From Sulfurimonadaceae bacterium (GTDB lineage: Bacteria > Campylobacterota > Campylobacteria > Campylobacterales > Sulfurimonadaceae), in contig JBFESZ010000001.1 of NCBI GenBank assembly GCA_041548245.1, positions 1-64,000 on the forward strand: a stretch of DNA of 64,000 nucleotides, written 5' to 3'. The notes under the pieces are model-generated. The model saw only the letters and a list, made by a program, of their open reading frames with translations, was not told the origin of the DNA and made no database searches. Shown here one piece after another: positions 18,367 through 28,969 of the stretch; positions within the stretch are counted from its first letter, which is position 1; every line of letters starts with the position of its first letter. The translations under genes were made by a program, and so were the position numbers.

Positions 18367-20316
18367 ATGTTTTTAGACTTTGATGTCAACCTCGACACCG
18401 CTATTGATGAACTTAACGCCCTTCTAGAAAAAAGCAAGAAACAGATCGATGATCTGCTCAGTATCGAGCACAAGACCTACGCCAACTTTGTCAAACCCTT
18501 TGAGATGATCGATGAACGTTTGGAGTGGTTCTTTACGCCCATATCACATCTCAACTCTGTCAATAACTCCGAACAGACCCAAAAAGTGTATGCTGATGCC
18601 CTACCTATGCTGACCGAATACGGTACAGAAGTCTCGCAGAACGAAGATATCTACCAGGCTTTCAAGACAATTAAAGAGAATGAAACGGACACCTTAAATC
18701 AGGAACAGAACCAGGTACTTGATCATAATATCCGGGATTTTGAACTCAGCGGTGCGCACCTTGAACAATCAAAAAAGGACCGTCTAAAAGAGATAAACCT
18801 CAGAAAAAGTACACTTTCCAATGACTTTTCGCAAAACCTCTTGGATGCGACAAATGCTTATGAGCTCATCATTAAAGATGAAAAAGATATCGAAGGTATA
18901 CCAGAGTCTGATCTTGAAGCTGCCAGACAAGAGGACGGGAGCTATAAATTCACCCTGCAGATGCCATCATATATAGCCTATATGACCTATGGGAAGAACC
19001 GTATACTCCGTGAAGAGCTTTACAAGGCCTATACGACACGTGCACCGCAGAATGCAGTTATCATCGACGAACTGATGCAGTTGCGTCAGGAAATGGCCCA
19101 ACTGCTTGGTTTCAATAACTTTGCCGAACTCTCTATCGCTCCAAAGATGGCGACATCGACAGATAAAGTGATCCAATTCCTCGAAGAACTCGCCATCTCG
19201 TCAAAAGCACAGGGGAAAAGGGAACTTTCAGAGTTGGAAGAACTGGCAAAACAAGAGGGACAGAACACACTTCAAAGTTTTGACACGGCTTACTACAGTG
19301 AGATCTTAAAAAAACAGAAATATGATATCGATGAAGAAGCCTACAGAGCCTATTTTGAACAGAACTCTGTCGTCAAAGGCCTGTTTGACTTCCTGAACAA
19401 GCTTCTGGGCATCGAGTTCCGTCCTGTCGATGTCAAACTTTGGGACGAGAAGGCATCGGCTTACGACCTCTATATCGACAATACTCTGCGTTCGCGCCTC
19501 TACATAGACCTCGAAGCGCGCTCATCCAAACGCGGCGGTGCCTGGATGAACAACTGGCAGACACACTGCAAGGATGAAAAAGGGGAAACAGTGCTCTCTT
19601 CGGCTTACATCGTCTGCAACTTTCCTGCTTCATCACCAAAAAACCCTTCACTGCTACGCCATGACGATGTCGTGACCCTTTTCCATGAGATGGGCCATGC
19701 CCTGCACCACATGCTCTCTAAAGTAGAGGAGAGTTCGGTTAGCGGTGTCAACGGTGTCGAATGGGACGCGGTCGAGTTCCCTTCACAGTTTTTGGAGAAC
19801 TTCGCCTATGAGCCTCAGGTCCTTCGTCTTTTTGCCAAACATCACCAACGTGGTGAGGTACTTTCTAACGAGATGATAGCTAAACTTGACAGGGCAAGAA
19901 ACTTTCAGTCCGCAATGAGCATGCTGCGTCAGCTGGAGTTCTCTATATTTGACTTCAAACTGCATATGAAACTTCATACCGGTCAAGCAGTACAAGAACT
20001 TTTGGATACTGTAAGAGATGAAGTCTCTCTGCTTAAGCCGCCAAGCTACAATAAGTTCCAAAACGGTTTTGCCCACATCTTTGCAGGCGGTTACGCTGCT
20101 GGTTATTACTCTTACAAATGGGCTGAAGTCCTCTCGGCTGACGCTTTTTTTCATTTTATTGACAACGGTATCTTTGAAGAGGAAATCGCTGCTTCCTACC
20201 GAGATATCATCCTTGGTCTGGGGGGAAGTGAAAGTATGTCCGTACTGTTTGAAAAGTTCATGGGAAGAGAGCTTGACACCTCAGGACTGCTTCGTCTTAA
20301 CGGTATTGCCGCATGA
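18367..20316 (+). CDS. prlC: M3-family oligopeptidase A
   Basis: KRGGAWM, TLFHEMGHALHH (HExxH), WDAVEFPSQFLE and HIFAGGYAAGYYSYKWAE. Start reassigned to ATG 18367 behind AAGGA. Confidence 0.93.
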   Translation: MFLDFDVNLDTAIDELNALLEKSKKQIDDLLSIEHKTYANFVKPFEMIDERLEWFFTPISHLNSVNNSEQTQKVYADALPMLTEYGTEVSQNEDIYQAFKTIKENETDTLNQEQNQVLDHNIRDFELSGAHLEQSKKDRLKEINLRKSTLSNDFSQNLLDATNAYELIIKDEKDIEGIPESDLEAARQEDGSYKFTLQMPSYIAYMTYGKNRILREELYKAYTTRAPQNAVIIDELMQLRQEMAQLLGFNNFAELSIAPKMATSTDKVIQFLEELAISSKAQGKRELSELEELAKQEGQNTLQSFDTAYYSEILKKQKYDIDEEAYRAYFEQNSVVKGLFDFLNKLLGIEFRPVDVKLWDEKASAYDLYIDNTLRSRLYIDLEARSSKRGGAWMNNWQTHCKDEKGETVLSSAYIVCNFPASSPKNPSLLRHDDVVTLFHEMGHALHHMLSKVEESSVSGVNGVEWDAVEFPSQFLENFAYEPQVLRLFAKHHQRGEVLSNEMIAKLDRARNFQSAMSMLRQLEFSIFDFKLHMKLHTGQAVQELLDTVRDEVSLLKPPSYNKFQNGFAHIFAGGYAAGYYSYKWAEVLSADAFFHFIDNGIFEEEIAASYRDIILGLGGSESMSVLFEKFMGRELDTSGLLRLNGIAA

Positions 20317-21323
20317 GAAACCTCTGGTTTCTTCTTATTTTGAGCTTATCACTCTTTGGAGGGACCAACGTGAAAATTGCCGCCTATAATGTCGAAAATC
20401 TGTTTGACCTGAAATACGATGGGACAGAATATAACGAGTATATTCCCAATACCCTATGGCAATGGAATCAGGAAAACTTTCGAAAAAAGATCAAGAACAT
20501 CTCCAGGGTCATTGTCGACATCAATCCTGACATTATAGGCCTTAGCGAGATAGAGTCGGATATTGCCTTAAGAGAGTTACAAAAAGAGTTGTCGAGGAAA
20601 GGGCTCTATTTCAAGTTTCGTGCCATTGCCGATAAAAAGAACAGCTCCGTAAAATCAGCTGTTTTAAGTAAATACCCATTCACCCATCAAGAGATCTTTG
20701 TATCACATAGCCTTACACCGCGCAATATTCTCGAAATCAAACTCAACATCGGCTCAAAACCGCTGTATATCTTTATCAACCATTGGAAATCAAAGTCAGG
20801 TCCCGAGAGCAAGCGTCTTCTCTATGCAAAGGCCCTGAAAAAACGTCTTGAACAGCTTCCTGAAAAGAGTGATTATATCCTTTTGGGTGACTTCAATACC
20901 CACTATGAAGAGCATAGGACATTTCTCAAGAAACGAAGACATAACGATACCAACGGCATCACCGGTATCAACCATATTCTGCATACTATCGATGAGAACG
21001 AAGAACTTTATACCAAAGAGACATTAAAAGAAGATGGGAGTTATAATCTTTGGATGGAGCTGAAAACACAAGAACGCTGGTCTCACATCTTCAAGGGGAA
21101 AAAAGAGGCACTCGATCATATGATCATATCCCCCTCCTTGATCGATCCATCAAAAAGCCATTATATTTCAGGAAGCTTTAGACCTTTTATAAAGGATTAC
21201 CTTCTTACTAAAGCGAAAAAGAAACTCTACCGGTGGGAGAGAAGCCGCAGCCGGCCCTATCATCATACCGGAAAAGGCTACTCTGATCATCTTCCTATCA
21301 TGGCAGAATTTTATATAGACTAA
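20313..21323 (+). CDS. Secreted endonuclease/exonuclease/phosphatase-family protein
   Basis: Signal peptide; YNVENLFD, DIIGLSEIE, NHWKS, LGDFN, LDHM and YSDHLP motifs. ATGA overlap with prlC. Confidence 0.88.
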   Translation: MRNLWFLLILSLSLFGGTNVKIAAYNVENLFDLKYDGTEYNEYIPNTLWQWNQENFRKKIKNISRVIVDINPDIIGLSEIESDIALRELQKELSRKGLYFKFRAIADKKNSSVKSAVLSKYPFTHQEIFVSHSLTPRNILEIKLNIGSKPLYIFINHWKSKSGPESKRLLYAKALKKRLEQLPEKSDYILLGDFNTHYEEHRTFLKKRRHNDTNGITGINHILHTIDENEELYTKETLKEDGSYNLWMELKTQERWSHIFKGKKEALDHMIISPSLIDPSKSHYISGSFRPFIKDYLLTKAKKKLYRWERSRSRPYHHTGKGYSDHLPIMAEFYID

Positions 21324-22360
21324 GCTATCCAGCCCCCGCCTATAAGTTTGTTCCCGTCATAAAAGACAGCCGCCTGTCCTTTAGCCACCCCAAGGACAGG
21401 CTCTTCGAGTTTTATTATACCCGTATCACCATCAATTTCGACATGACATTTGACTGCTGTTGTACGATAACGAAGTTTTACTGTCGTATCAAAACTTGTA
21501 CGTTCATCAAACATGTTCACATCTCTGATCACCACATCAAAACACTCCAGTTCATCTTTCAAACCCACAACGATTTGATTGGTCTCGGGAAGAATCTTCG
21601 TGACATAATGCGGTTCATGTGCACCATGCACCGTAAAACCTTTACGCTTGCCGATCGTGTAATGCATATACCCCTTATGTTCACCGACCACGTTTCCATC
21701 CGCATCGATCACCTCACCCGGTTGATCAACCTGTACGTAGTCTTTTAAAACATCCGTGTAGGTCGTCTCCACAAAACAGATCTCACTTGATTCTGCCTGG
21801 GATGCGAAGGATTCCAATCCCTTGATGGAAGCAGCATACTCTTTGATATCACTCTTATGACGTGTGCCCAAAGGGAAGATAAGTCGCGGCAGAACCTCTT
21901 TTTGAATATAAAAAAGGAAATAGCTCTGATCTTTTGTGTCATCTTCGGCTTGATAAAGATATTTGCCGTCCGTTTGGATGTAGTGACCCGTTGCAAGGTA
22001 ATCAGCACCTATTTGATCTGCAAACTTCAGCATCTCACCAAACTTAAGGTTTCTGTTACACAGAGCACAAGGATTTGGTGTCTGCCCATCCTTATAGGTC
22101 TGGATAAAAGGGCTTACAACCTTTGCTTTGAATGTCTCTTGAAGATCAAGGATATGAAGCTTGACGCCGGCAAAATCAGCAGCCTTTTGTGCACGTGCCT
22201 GATGAATCTCATGATATCCCGGCTTAGAGTGAAGTTTCATATAGACACCTTCGACCTCATACCCCTCTTCTTTGAGTAAAAGTGTTGAGACAGTCGAATC
22301 GACTCCCCCGCTCATCCCTATAAGAACTTTTTTCTTATCTGTCTTTTCTTGTCCTGACAT
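21320..22360 (-). CDS. mnmA: tRNA-specific 2-thiouridylase
   Basis: MSGGVDS, TPNPCALCN, ATGHY, KDQSYFL, SSEICF and GQAAVFY. Start at ATG 22360. Confidence 0.95.
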   Translation of the reverse strand: MSGQEKTDKKKVLIGMSGGVDSTVSTLLLKEEGYEVEGVYMKLHSKPGYHEIHQARAQKAADFAGVKLHILDLQETFKAKVVSPFIQTYKDGQTPNPCALCNRNLKFGEMLKFADQIGADYLATGHYIQTDGKYLYQAEDDTKDQSYFLFYIQKEVLPRLIFPLGTRHKSDIKEYAASIKGLESFASQAESSEICFVETTYTDVLKDYVQVDQPGEVIDADGNVVGEHKGYMHYTIGKRKGFTVHGAHEPHYVTKILPETNQIVVGLKDELECFDVVIRDVNMFDERTSFDTTVKLRYRTTAVKCHVEIDGDTGIIKLEEPVLGVAKGQAAVFYDGNKLIGGGWIA

Positions 22361-22386
22361 CTTTTCCCTACTTCTCTTCATACAGA

Positions 22387-23178
22387 TTATATGCTGTATG
22401 AGTCTTTTCCTTCATCTATATCTCGATTCTCAAAGAAATCCTTGAGTGAGTTGAAATACTCTGTATTCTCCATACCCACTTCTTTAAGTGCCTTGATTTG
22501 TGCACCCAGTGAGGCTTTGATCTGATCGGCAATATGATCCAGGTCATCTGTAAGTGTAATAATATCCAAATCTGCAGGATCTATCATTCTCTCAGCCAAC
22601 AAGGTATTTTTCATAAAATCTATCAAAGGTTGAAAAAACTTTACACCGACGACAAAGATTCTTACCCCGGCGACCTTTTTGGTCTGGATCAATGTAAGCG
22701 CTTCAAAAAGTTCATCGAGTGTCCCAAATCCTCCCGGAAATATAACATAAGCGATAGAATATTTGACCAACATTACCTTACGCGAGAAGAAGTAGTCAAA
22801 GGTCTTCTGTTTAGTCGTAAACGGATTGATAGACTGTTCCATTGGAAGATCGATATTCAAGCCGATAGACTCGACACCCGGGTTGTTATAAGCACCCTTG
22901 TTAGCTGCTTCCATAATGCCAGGACCGCCGCCTGTTATGACATTAAAACCGGCTGCTCCAAGCTTGTCTCCTAATATCACAGCATGCTTATAATAGGGAT
23001 GTTCTTTGTCTGTGCGTGCCGATCCGAAGACCGTGACTGAGGGGCCCAGATCACCAAGTTCATCAAAGCCATGTACAAAATCAGCAATGATCTTGAATAC
23101 AGACCATGTATCAGCTGATTTAATATCTCTGGCATATCTCTCCTGTAAGACCTTCTGGCCTTTTCTCCGGCGTTCCAT
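22387..23178 (-). CDS. LOG / TIGR00730-family nucleotide phosphoribohydrolase
   Basis: VFGSAR, TGGGPGIMEAAN, YFFSRKVML and PGGFGTLDELFE motifs. Confidence 0.9.
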   Translation of the reverse strand: MERRRKGQKVLQERYARDIKSADTWSVFKIIADFVHGFDELGDLGPSVTVFGSARTDKEHPYYKHAVILGDKLGAAGFNVITGGGPGIMEAANKGAYNNPGVESIGLNIDLPMEQSINPFTTKQKTFDYFFSRKVMLVKYSIAYVIFPGGFGTLDELFEALTLIQTKKVAGVRIFVVGVKFFQPLIDFMKNTLLAERMIDPADLDIITLTDDLDHIADQIKASLGAQIKALKEVGMENTEYFNSLKDFFENRDIDEGKDSYSI

Positions 23179-23271
23179 AAGAGCTCCTCTTTACAAGGTG
23201 ATAGTTAGATGAGTATACTCTTTACATTAAGTATAAAGTAAAGAACATCCTCAGAGTAAATAATAAAGGGA

Positions 23272-24138
23272 TCATCCCTTAAGCTGTTGCAGACGATCTT
23301 TTTTACTGCCAATCGTCGTGATCTGTACGCCAAAGTTTCCATCTACAATGACGACTTCCCCCTGAGCTATTATATGGTTGTCCACTAAAATATCCAAAGG
23401 ATCATTAGCAAGTTGGTTTAACTCTATGACCGAACCGATATCCATGCTGAGTACATCCCGCAATAGCATCTTTTTTCCACCGATACGAACGCGAAGAGGA
23501 AGCTTAACATCCATAATCAGGTTTATATTGTTGTCAGCATCACCCATAAAGGCTGCTGATGAAGATGCAGCTGCAGGCGTCTCATCGACTTTTTGGGCAG
23601 CGGCCTCAGGTGATGATGATGCTTCCTCTGCACTTAAGGCTTTTTCTGTCGCTTCATCGATGACAAACATCAATAAAGAGTTGATATCACCTAAGCTGAA
23701 GTTATAAACGAACATCTTTGAATATGCTTCAAGGTTGATCTCGCCATCTTCTGCGACGAACTCTATGTTCGAGACTTTAAAGTTCAAAGAGGGAAGCTCC
23801 GCTTGAGAGGTCAACGCAGTTGAAAGTGCCGAAAGAATATTGGATACGATCTCTTTTGTCGCATCCAGGTCCTCATCATCCATACTCTCTTTGCCTTCAC
23901 CTTCTCCGCCAAGCATTAAGTCACCTAAAGCCGTTGCCAAGGTTGGAGGGATTGCTATGGCAGCTTTTGCCTCGATATCACCACTAATCTCGGCTGAGAC
24001 TACTGCTGTAGGAGGTATAATGTTTGAGACGATTGATATTGTCTCTTCTTCTTTTAGCTCCAAGGTAGGTGCCTGACCTGTCAACCCTTCAATTGTAGCA
24101 ATCGTTTCAGATTCAAAAAGTTTGATAAACTCATTCAT
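23272..24138 (-). CDS. fliY: Flagellar motor switch protein FliY/FliN
   Basis: CheC-like N-terminal part (DDLDATKEIVSNI-type motif) and C-terminal SpoA domain (IAQGEVVIVDGNFGVQI); follows fliM. Confidence 0.92.
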   Translation of the reverse strand: MNEFIKLFESETIATIEGLTGQAPTLELKEEETISIVSNIIPPTAVVSAEISGDIEAKAAIAIPPTLATALGDLMLGGEGEGKESMDDEDLDATKEIVSNILSALSTALTSQAELPSLNFKVSNIEFVAEDGEINLEAYSKMFVYNFSLGDINSLLMFVIDEATEKALSAEEASSSPEAAAQKVDETPAAASSSAAFMGDADNNINLIMDVKLPLRVRIGGKKMLLRDVLSMDIGSVIELNQLANDPLDILVDNHIIAQGEVVIVDGNFGVQITTIGSKKDRLQQLKG

Positions 24139-25237
24139 AGGCATAATCCTCATCTTCATCTTCGTTTTGTTCGTTATACATAATCTCTTTTACTCCAGAT
24201 ATCTTGTCACGACGAACCTCTTCATAACGTTTTAACACGCGCTTGACATCATCTCTTTCCGTGTAGATGATCTCCGTAATACAGATCGATTTTCTAAAGC
24301 GTCGAAGTCCTATTTCCCCTTTGAACCGCTCTTTGCCATCAACACTTAAGCTGACAATATCATCTGCACTTGTATTAAGCCTAATAATATCTCCGCTATT
24401 AAGATTGAGCACTTCTCTTAAAGTCAGTTCAGCCATACCCAGGTTTGCCTCAACCGTTACCTTGGCACCCCCGATAAGTACCTGAAGCTCTTGGTTACGG
24501 CTCTTCTTAGAACTCGTCTCATTAAGCATCAGATCACGCGACGCCAGTTTTGGCAGCACCGGTTCGAGTGCAATAACAGGATAACAGATGTTCATCATCC
24601 CAGAACTGTGCCCAATAATGATCTCCATAACAACCATGACGACAATCTCATTTTGTGCAACAATCTGTACGACATTCGGACTTGACTCTTTTGACTCTAC
24701 TGTTGGATAGACCTCTGTAACAGGCCCCCAAGCCTCTTTAAGCGTACTCATCATGACACGCAAGACTGTCTCAAACAGGCTCAGCTCGATATCAGAAAAC
24801 TCACGGTTGGATTCAAAGGGCTCACCTTTCCCGCCCAAAAGCCTATCAAGCATTGGAAAGGCAATCGATGGGTTGATCTCCAAAACGCCTGAGCCCTCCA
24901 GTGGTTTCATCGAAAAGACATTGAACGATGTCGGATTTGGTAAAGACATCAAGAACTCACCATAAGTCATCTGGTCAACCGAATGAAGCTGAATCTCTAC
25001 GATGGAGCGCATGATAGCTGAGATCTGAGAAGAAAGAGATCTCGCCATCTTGTCATGTATACCTCTGAAGGCACGCAACTGCTCTTTTGAAACACGGTTG
25101 GGACGTTTAAAGTCATAAAGCGTGATCTGCTTCTGTTCAAAGACCTCATCCTCGTCTAATCCAAAGGCGTCATCACCCTCGTCATCCACGACATCTAAAA
25201 GAGCATCGATCTCTTCTTGGGAGAGTATATCAGCCAT
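24131..25237 (-). CDS. fliM: Flagellar motor switch protein FliM
   Basis: N-terminal LSQEEIDALL CheY-binding motif, YDFKRPNR and a SpoA C-terminus. Confidence 0.97.
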   Translation of the reverse strand: MADILSQEEIDALLDVVDDEGDDAFGLDEDEVFEQKQITLYDFKRPNRVSKEQLRAFRGIHDKMARSLSSQISAIMRSIVEIQLHSVDQMTYGEFLMSLPNPTSFNVFSMKPLEGSGVLEINPSIAFPMLDRLLGGKGEPFESNREFSDIELSLFETVLRVMMSTLKEAWGPVTEVYPTVESKESSPNVVQIVAQNEIVVMVVMEIIIGHSSGMMNICYPVIALEPVLPKLASRDLMLNETSSKKSRNQELQVLIGGAKVTVEANLGMAELTLREVLNLNSGDIIRLNTSADDIVSLSVDGKERFKGEIGLRRFRKSICITEIIYTERDDVKRVLKRYEEVRRDKISGVKEIMYNEQNEDEDEDYAYE

Positions 25238-25937
25238 GATCTGCTCCTATGGAATCTCTGATTTTCTTGAGTAAAGCCTTATGTATCTGTGAAATACGCG
25301 ACTCAGTAATATTTAACACTTCAGAAATTTCTTTTAGGGAAAGTTCTTCAAAATAATATAATTGAATGATCAACTGTTCTCTTTCACTCTGATTTTCCAA
25401 GACCGCTTCGATCACCTCGATCAGGTTCTCTCTTTCCACGGTCTCTAGTGTACTGCTCTCACTTGCCAGGGAGAGCTGCTCATCAATAGGCATCACCGCA
25501 TAGATCTCGGAAGCGATACGTGCGTCATTTATCTTATCCTCACTCTCACCCAAAAGCTCTGCAAGTTCTGCGTTGCTGGGTTCCTCTTCATGTTCCGCCA
25601 TGTGCGCAGTGATCGCCTTGTCAATCATCTTGATCAGCTTTCTGTTTGAACGGCTTACAATGTCCAGTGAACGAAGGTAGTCCAACATCGCCCCATAGAC
25701 ACGTGTCTTCGCATATCCCCAGAATGAATCGTTCTGTGTCTCATCATAGCGGCGGGCAAGTTTGACCAGCTCTTCTGTACCAATAGCGGTAAGATCACAA
25801 AAATCGACTGAACTTGGCAATCTTTCCTTTAGACGAAAAGCCATCGCTTTAACCGCAGGAAGATACTGTATTGCAAGTTCATCCTCTTTATGCTTCAGTT
25901 CATTCGCATAGGCGTTTGTTCTGTTGCATTCCATCAC
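25230..25937 (-). CDS. fliA: Flagellar sigma factor sigma28
   Basis: RVYGAMLDYLRSLD (region 2) and LYYFEELSLKEISEVLNITESRISQIH (region 4). Confidence 0.96.
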   Translation of the reverse strand: MMECNRTNAYANELKHKEDELAIQYLPAVKAMAFRLKERLPSSVDFCDLTAIGTEELVKLARRYDETQNDSFWGYAKTRVYGAMLDYLRSLDIVSRSNRKLIKMIDKAITAHMAEHEEEPSNAELAELLGESEDKINDARIASEIYAVMPIDEQLSLASESSTLETVERENLIEVIEAVLENQSEREQLIIQLYYFEELSLKEISEVLNITESRISQIHKALLKKIRDSIGADHG

Positions 25938-26272
25938 GCCCTCTTTCGCTTAGGCTTTTGTGTCTTGTATTTTTTATCCAAAGCTTCTAAAAAGTCATAT
26001 GAGCTCTCAATGATCTTCTCCCGTTTGGATATCTCATTGACATAATAGTCTAAATCTCCCTCATGACGCATCTTAGGAAAGTACTCTTCTCGTATAGGGC
26101 TATAACGGATAAAAAAGGATATCGTAAAGTGCGAGAACAGATAGAAAAAAGCTGTAATCAATAGCGTATAGATCAAAATGCCTTCTGCGTCCTGTGCTTT
26201 TAAAAGCGAGAATACAAAGCCTATGAAAAAACCTTGTACCGTTAGAAAGGAGACAAAATTCGTACTACGCAT
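25934..26272 (-). CDS. Conserved Campylobacterota membrane protein between flhG and fliA (Cj0062c-like)
   Basis: Two TM helices; position matches the conserved flhG-orf-fliA order. Confidence 0.75.
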   Translation of the reverse strand: MRSTNFVSFLTVQGFFIGFVFSLLKAQDAEGILIYTLLITAFFYLFSHFTISFFIRYSPIREEYFPKMRHEGDLDYYVNEISKREKIIESSYDFLEALDKKYKTQKPKRKRA

Positions 26273-26312
26273 ATCTTAATCGAGCTCCCTTAACTTTAAT
26301 AATCCACTCAGT

Positions 26313-27185
26313 CTAAAAATGTGTCATCAGTCGCTTAAACAGTCCCTGAATACCACTCTCTTCAGCAGATACCAGCATGTTTCGTTCCAAGTTACGTGAT
26401 AATTTTTTCACGATTTTCTCAAGATCTCGTGTCGTTGGTGACATAGGGTTTTCTTTAGAAAAAATCTTTCTTTGCTTGATCGACCTGCCGACTTTTTCAT
26501 CCGCATTGACTTTTCCAAGCAGCTCAAGTTCTAAGGCCGGGCCTATATTTGCTCTTGCTACCTTTGATATTTTATCATAGAGTAGCTGTGCCTCTTTTTC
26601 AGATCGCACCTGATTAAAGATCAGGCTCATCTTGCTTCTGATCTTTGAGGTCACCTTGATCGTAGCATAGGCATCGGTAATCGCAGCAGGATCGGGAACA
26701 GTAACGACAATCACATCATCCGCAGCGTTTAAAAAAAGCTGAATATGCTCCCCTATCCCGGCTCCTGTATCGATCAAGAGGACATCCAGATCATCAAGTA
26801 CATGCGACTCCTGCATAAAGCGTTCAAACATGCTCCCGTCACTGTACTTCAAGATCTCGTCTCCGCTCTCTCCTGGAATAAGCAGAAGATTTGGTGCGAC
26901 CGGGATCAGTATATCACTTACCGTTGCCTCGCCTTTAAGCACATGCAATATGTTCTTTTTGATCTTGACATTGAACATAACATCTAGGTTGGCCAGACCG
27001 ATATCTGCATCGAAGATACCCACTTTCAGACCATAATGTGCCATCAGATAGGCAATGTTTGAGCTGATCGTACTCTTTCCGACCCCGCCTTTGCCACTGG
27101 TAATGGCGATGAAACGCGTTTTCTTTGCCGTTGACTTGTTGTTCTCTTCGACAAGCTCTTTAAGCTTTTGGGCCTGAGTGATCAT
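26313..27185 (-). CDS. flhG: MinD-like flagellar number regulator FlhG
   Basis: N-terminal QAQKL, SGKGGVGKS, DADIGLANLD, DTGAGI and ITDAYA. Confidence 0.95.
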   Translation of the reverse strand: MITQAQKLKELVEENNKSTAKKTRFIAITSGKGGVGKSTISSNIAYLMAHYGLKVGIFDADIGLANLDVMFNVKIKKNILHVLKGEATVSDILIPVAPNLLLIPGESGDEILKYSDGSMFERFMQESHVLDDLDVLLIDTGAGIGEHIQLFLNAADDVIVVTVPDPAAITDAYATIKVTSKIRSKMSLIFNQVRSEKEAQLLYDKISKVARANIGPALELELLGKVNADEKVGRSIKQRKIFSKENPMSPTTRDLEKIVKKLSRNLERNMLVSAEESGIQGLFKRLMTHF

Positions 27186-28486
27186 CTTTTGTTCCTGTCA
27201 AAACCGTTAAGCATACAGTCTATCAGGTAATCACTGCTGGCTACGACCAAGTCTTCAGGTACTTCCTGCCCTACAGAAAAATAGGAGATTGGTTTTGACG
27301 TCTCATACATCAAAGAGAATATATTCCCAAAACCTCTTGTCTCATCTAGTTTGGTAAACATCATCGTATCGATGCCTAAAGGCTCGAAGTTTTCATAGGT
27401 CGCTTTGAGGTCTTCATACTTGATTGAAGACGGAAGTACCAAAACGGTATCGATCTGAAGGTCTGTGGTATTGTTTTGCAGACAGTCATAGATCTTAGTA
27501 ATCTTCTCTTTGTCATACGGGGAAGATCCCATCGTATCAATCAGTATATAATCACAATAACTCAAAGCGTTCAATGCTGAAGCGAACTCAGGAGGGTCCA
27601 CGACCGTTTCAATCCCAAGTTTCATCATACGGGCATACTGCATTAACTGTTCTACCGCTCCTATACGATAGGTATCTAAGACGATTAGCCCCACCTTGTA
27701 CTTTTTCTGCATCATGTAGGAGAAACGTGCTGCCAGTTTGGCGATACTTGTTGTCTTTCCCACCCCTGTAGGACCGACTAGCATAATGACCTTCTTTGTA
27801 CCCATTTTAGGTGTGGTTTCCATTCTAACGGGCACCATCTTACGTAATAAGACCTGGAAATAACGTTTCACAGTTTGTGAGTTCTCTCTCATCTTGATTG
27901 GCATATGCTCAAGGGTAAGCTTCATAATCTCTTCGATATGTTTGGTGTTCATACCGCTTTCTAAAGTCAACTTGTATATCTCAGAGAATTCCGGCGGGAT
28001 ATGAATATTACCCAGCATGTCAGAGCGTTCTTCCCAGAACATATTCTGAATCAGTTTGACCTTGTCCCCAAGTTTTGCTATCTCATCTTTTATCTGTTTG
28101 AACTCAACCGGATCGGAACTTTTTTCTTTCACTCGGACAACGACTCTGTCACTCTCATACTCATCATCCAAGAGAGATGGCTTCTCCTCTGTAACTTCCG
28201 CAATCTTGGATATCTGACGCGCAGCTTCAGAGATATTGTAAAGCACGTCGGCACTGCTTTTTGCAACAGGCTTGGATGCATCGATACTCTTTTTCCCCTC
28301 TTTAGCCTCTAGCTCTGCCGCCAATTTATCATCGATACCGACAATAATCTCATACAAGGCTGTTTCATTGAGACTTTTCTTGCGTATCTCTTTAGTCTCA
28401 ATCAGCATAGCATCTTCGCCAACAGCCAATTGTGCTTTTTTCAATGCTTCGGCAGGAGACTTTCCGTTAAAGGTCAAAATTTTCAT
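27182..28486 (-). CDS. flhF: Flagellar biosynthesis SRP-type GTPase FlhF
   Basis: GPTGVGKTT, DTYRIGAVEQL, TKLDET and GQEVPEDL. Confidence 0.96.
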   Translation of the reverse strand: MKILTFNGKSPAEALKKAQLAVGEDAMLIETKEIRKKSLNETALYEIIVGIDDKLAAELEAKEGKKSIDASKPVAKSSADVLYNISEAARQISKIAEVTEEKPSLLDDEYESDRVVVRVKEKSSDPVEFKQIKDEIAKLGDKVKLIQNMFWEERSDMLGNIHIPPEFSEIYKLTLESGMNTKHIEEIMKLTLEHMPIKMRENSQTVKRYFQVLLRKMVPVRMETTPKMGTKKVIMLVGPTGVGKTTSIAKLAARFSYMMQKKYKVGLIVLDTYRIGAVEQLMQYARMMKLGIETVVDPPEFASALNALSYCDYILIDTMGSSPYDKEKITKIYDCLQNNTTDLQIDTVLVLPSSIKYEDLKATYENFEPLGIDTMMFTKLDETRGFGNIFSLMYETSKPISYFSVGQEVPEDLVVASSDYLIDCMLNGFDRNKR

Positions 28487-28968
28487 CTACGCTCCATATA
28501 TGTCATCGGTATCACAACGCTTTCTCTCTCTTTCCAATGAGGATGAGGAAGTGTCAACTCTTTGGTCTTCATCTTTCTGTTCTCATAAAATATGACATCG
28601 ATATCAAGTGTTCTCGGCGCATTCTCAAAACTGCGTTTGCGACCAAACTTTCGCTCCACTTCTAAGACATATTTTAAAAAAGCCCTGGGTTGGAGATTTG
28701 TCTTGACGAGCATCACAGAGTTATAGAAGTCATCCTGTTGCAAATATCCAAAAGGTGGATTCTTTAAAATAGGTCCTGTACTTATCAAATCACAATAGCG
28801 ATCTGTCTGAAAAAAACGGTTCAATCTCTCTAAACGGCGGACAACATCCCCAATATTGCCACCTACGCCCAACGTAACACTGTAGCGCTTGGTAGAACCT
28901 CCATATACACGTGGGAACAGAGAGGTCCTGATAAGAGTGAGCCTACTATCCAGACGCTTTGAAAGCAT
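28483..28968 (-). CDS. folK: 2-amino-4-hydroxy-6-hydroxymethyldihydropteridine diphosphokinase
   Basis: GVGGNIG, FYNSV, PRTLDIDVI and LTLPHP. Start at ATG 28968, just after the aroQ stop. Confidence 0.92.
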   Translation of the reverse strand: MLSKRLDSRLTLIRTSLFPRVYGGSTKRYSVTLGVGGNIGDVVRRLERLNRFFQTDRYCDLISTGPILKNPPFGYLQQDDFYNSVMLVKTNLQPRAFLKYVLEVERKFGRKRSFENAPRTLDIDVIFYENRKMKTKELTLPHPHWKERESVVIPMTYMERR

Positions 28969-28969
28969 A

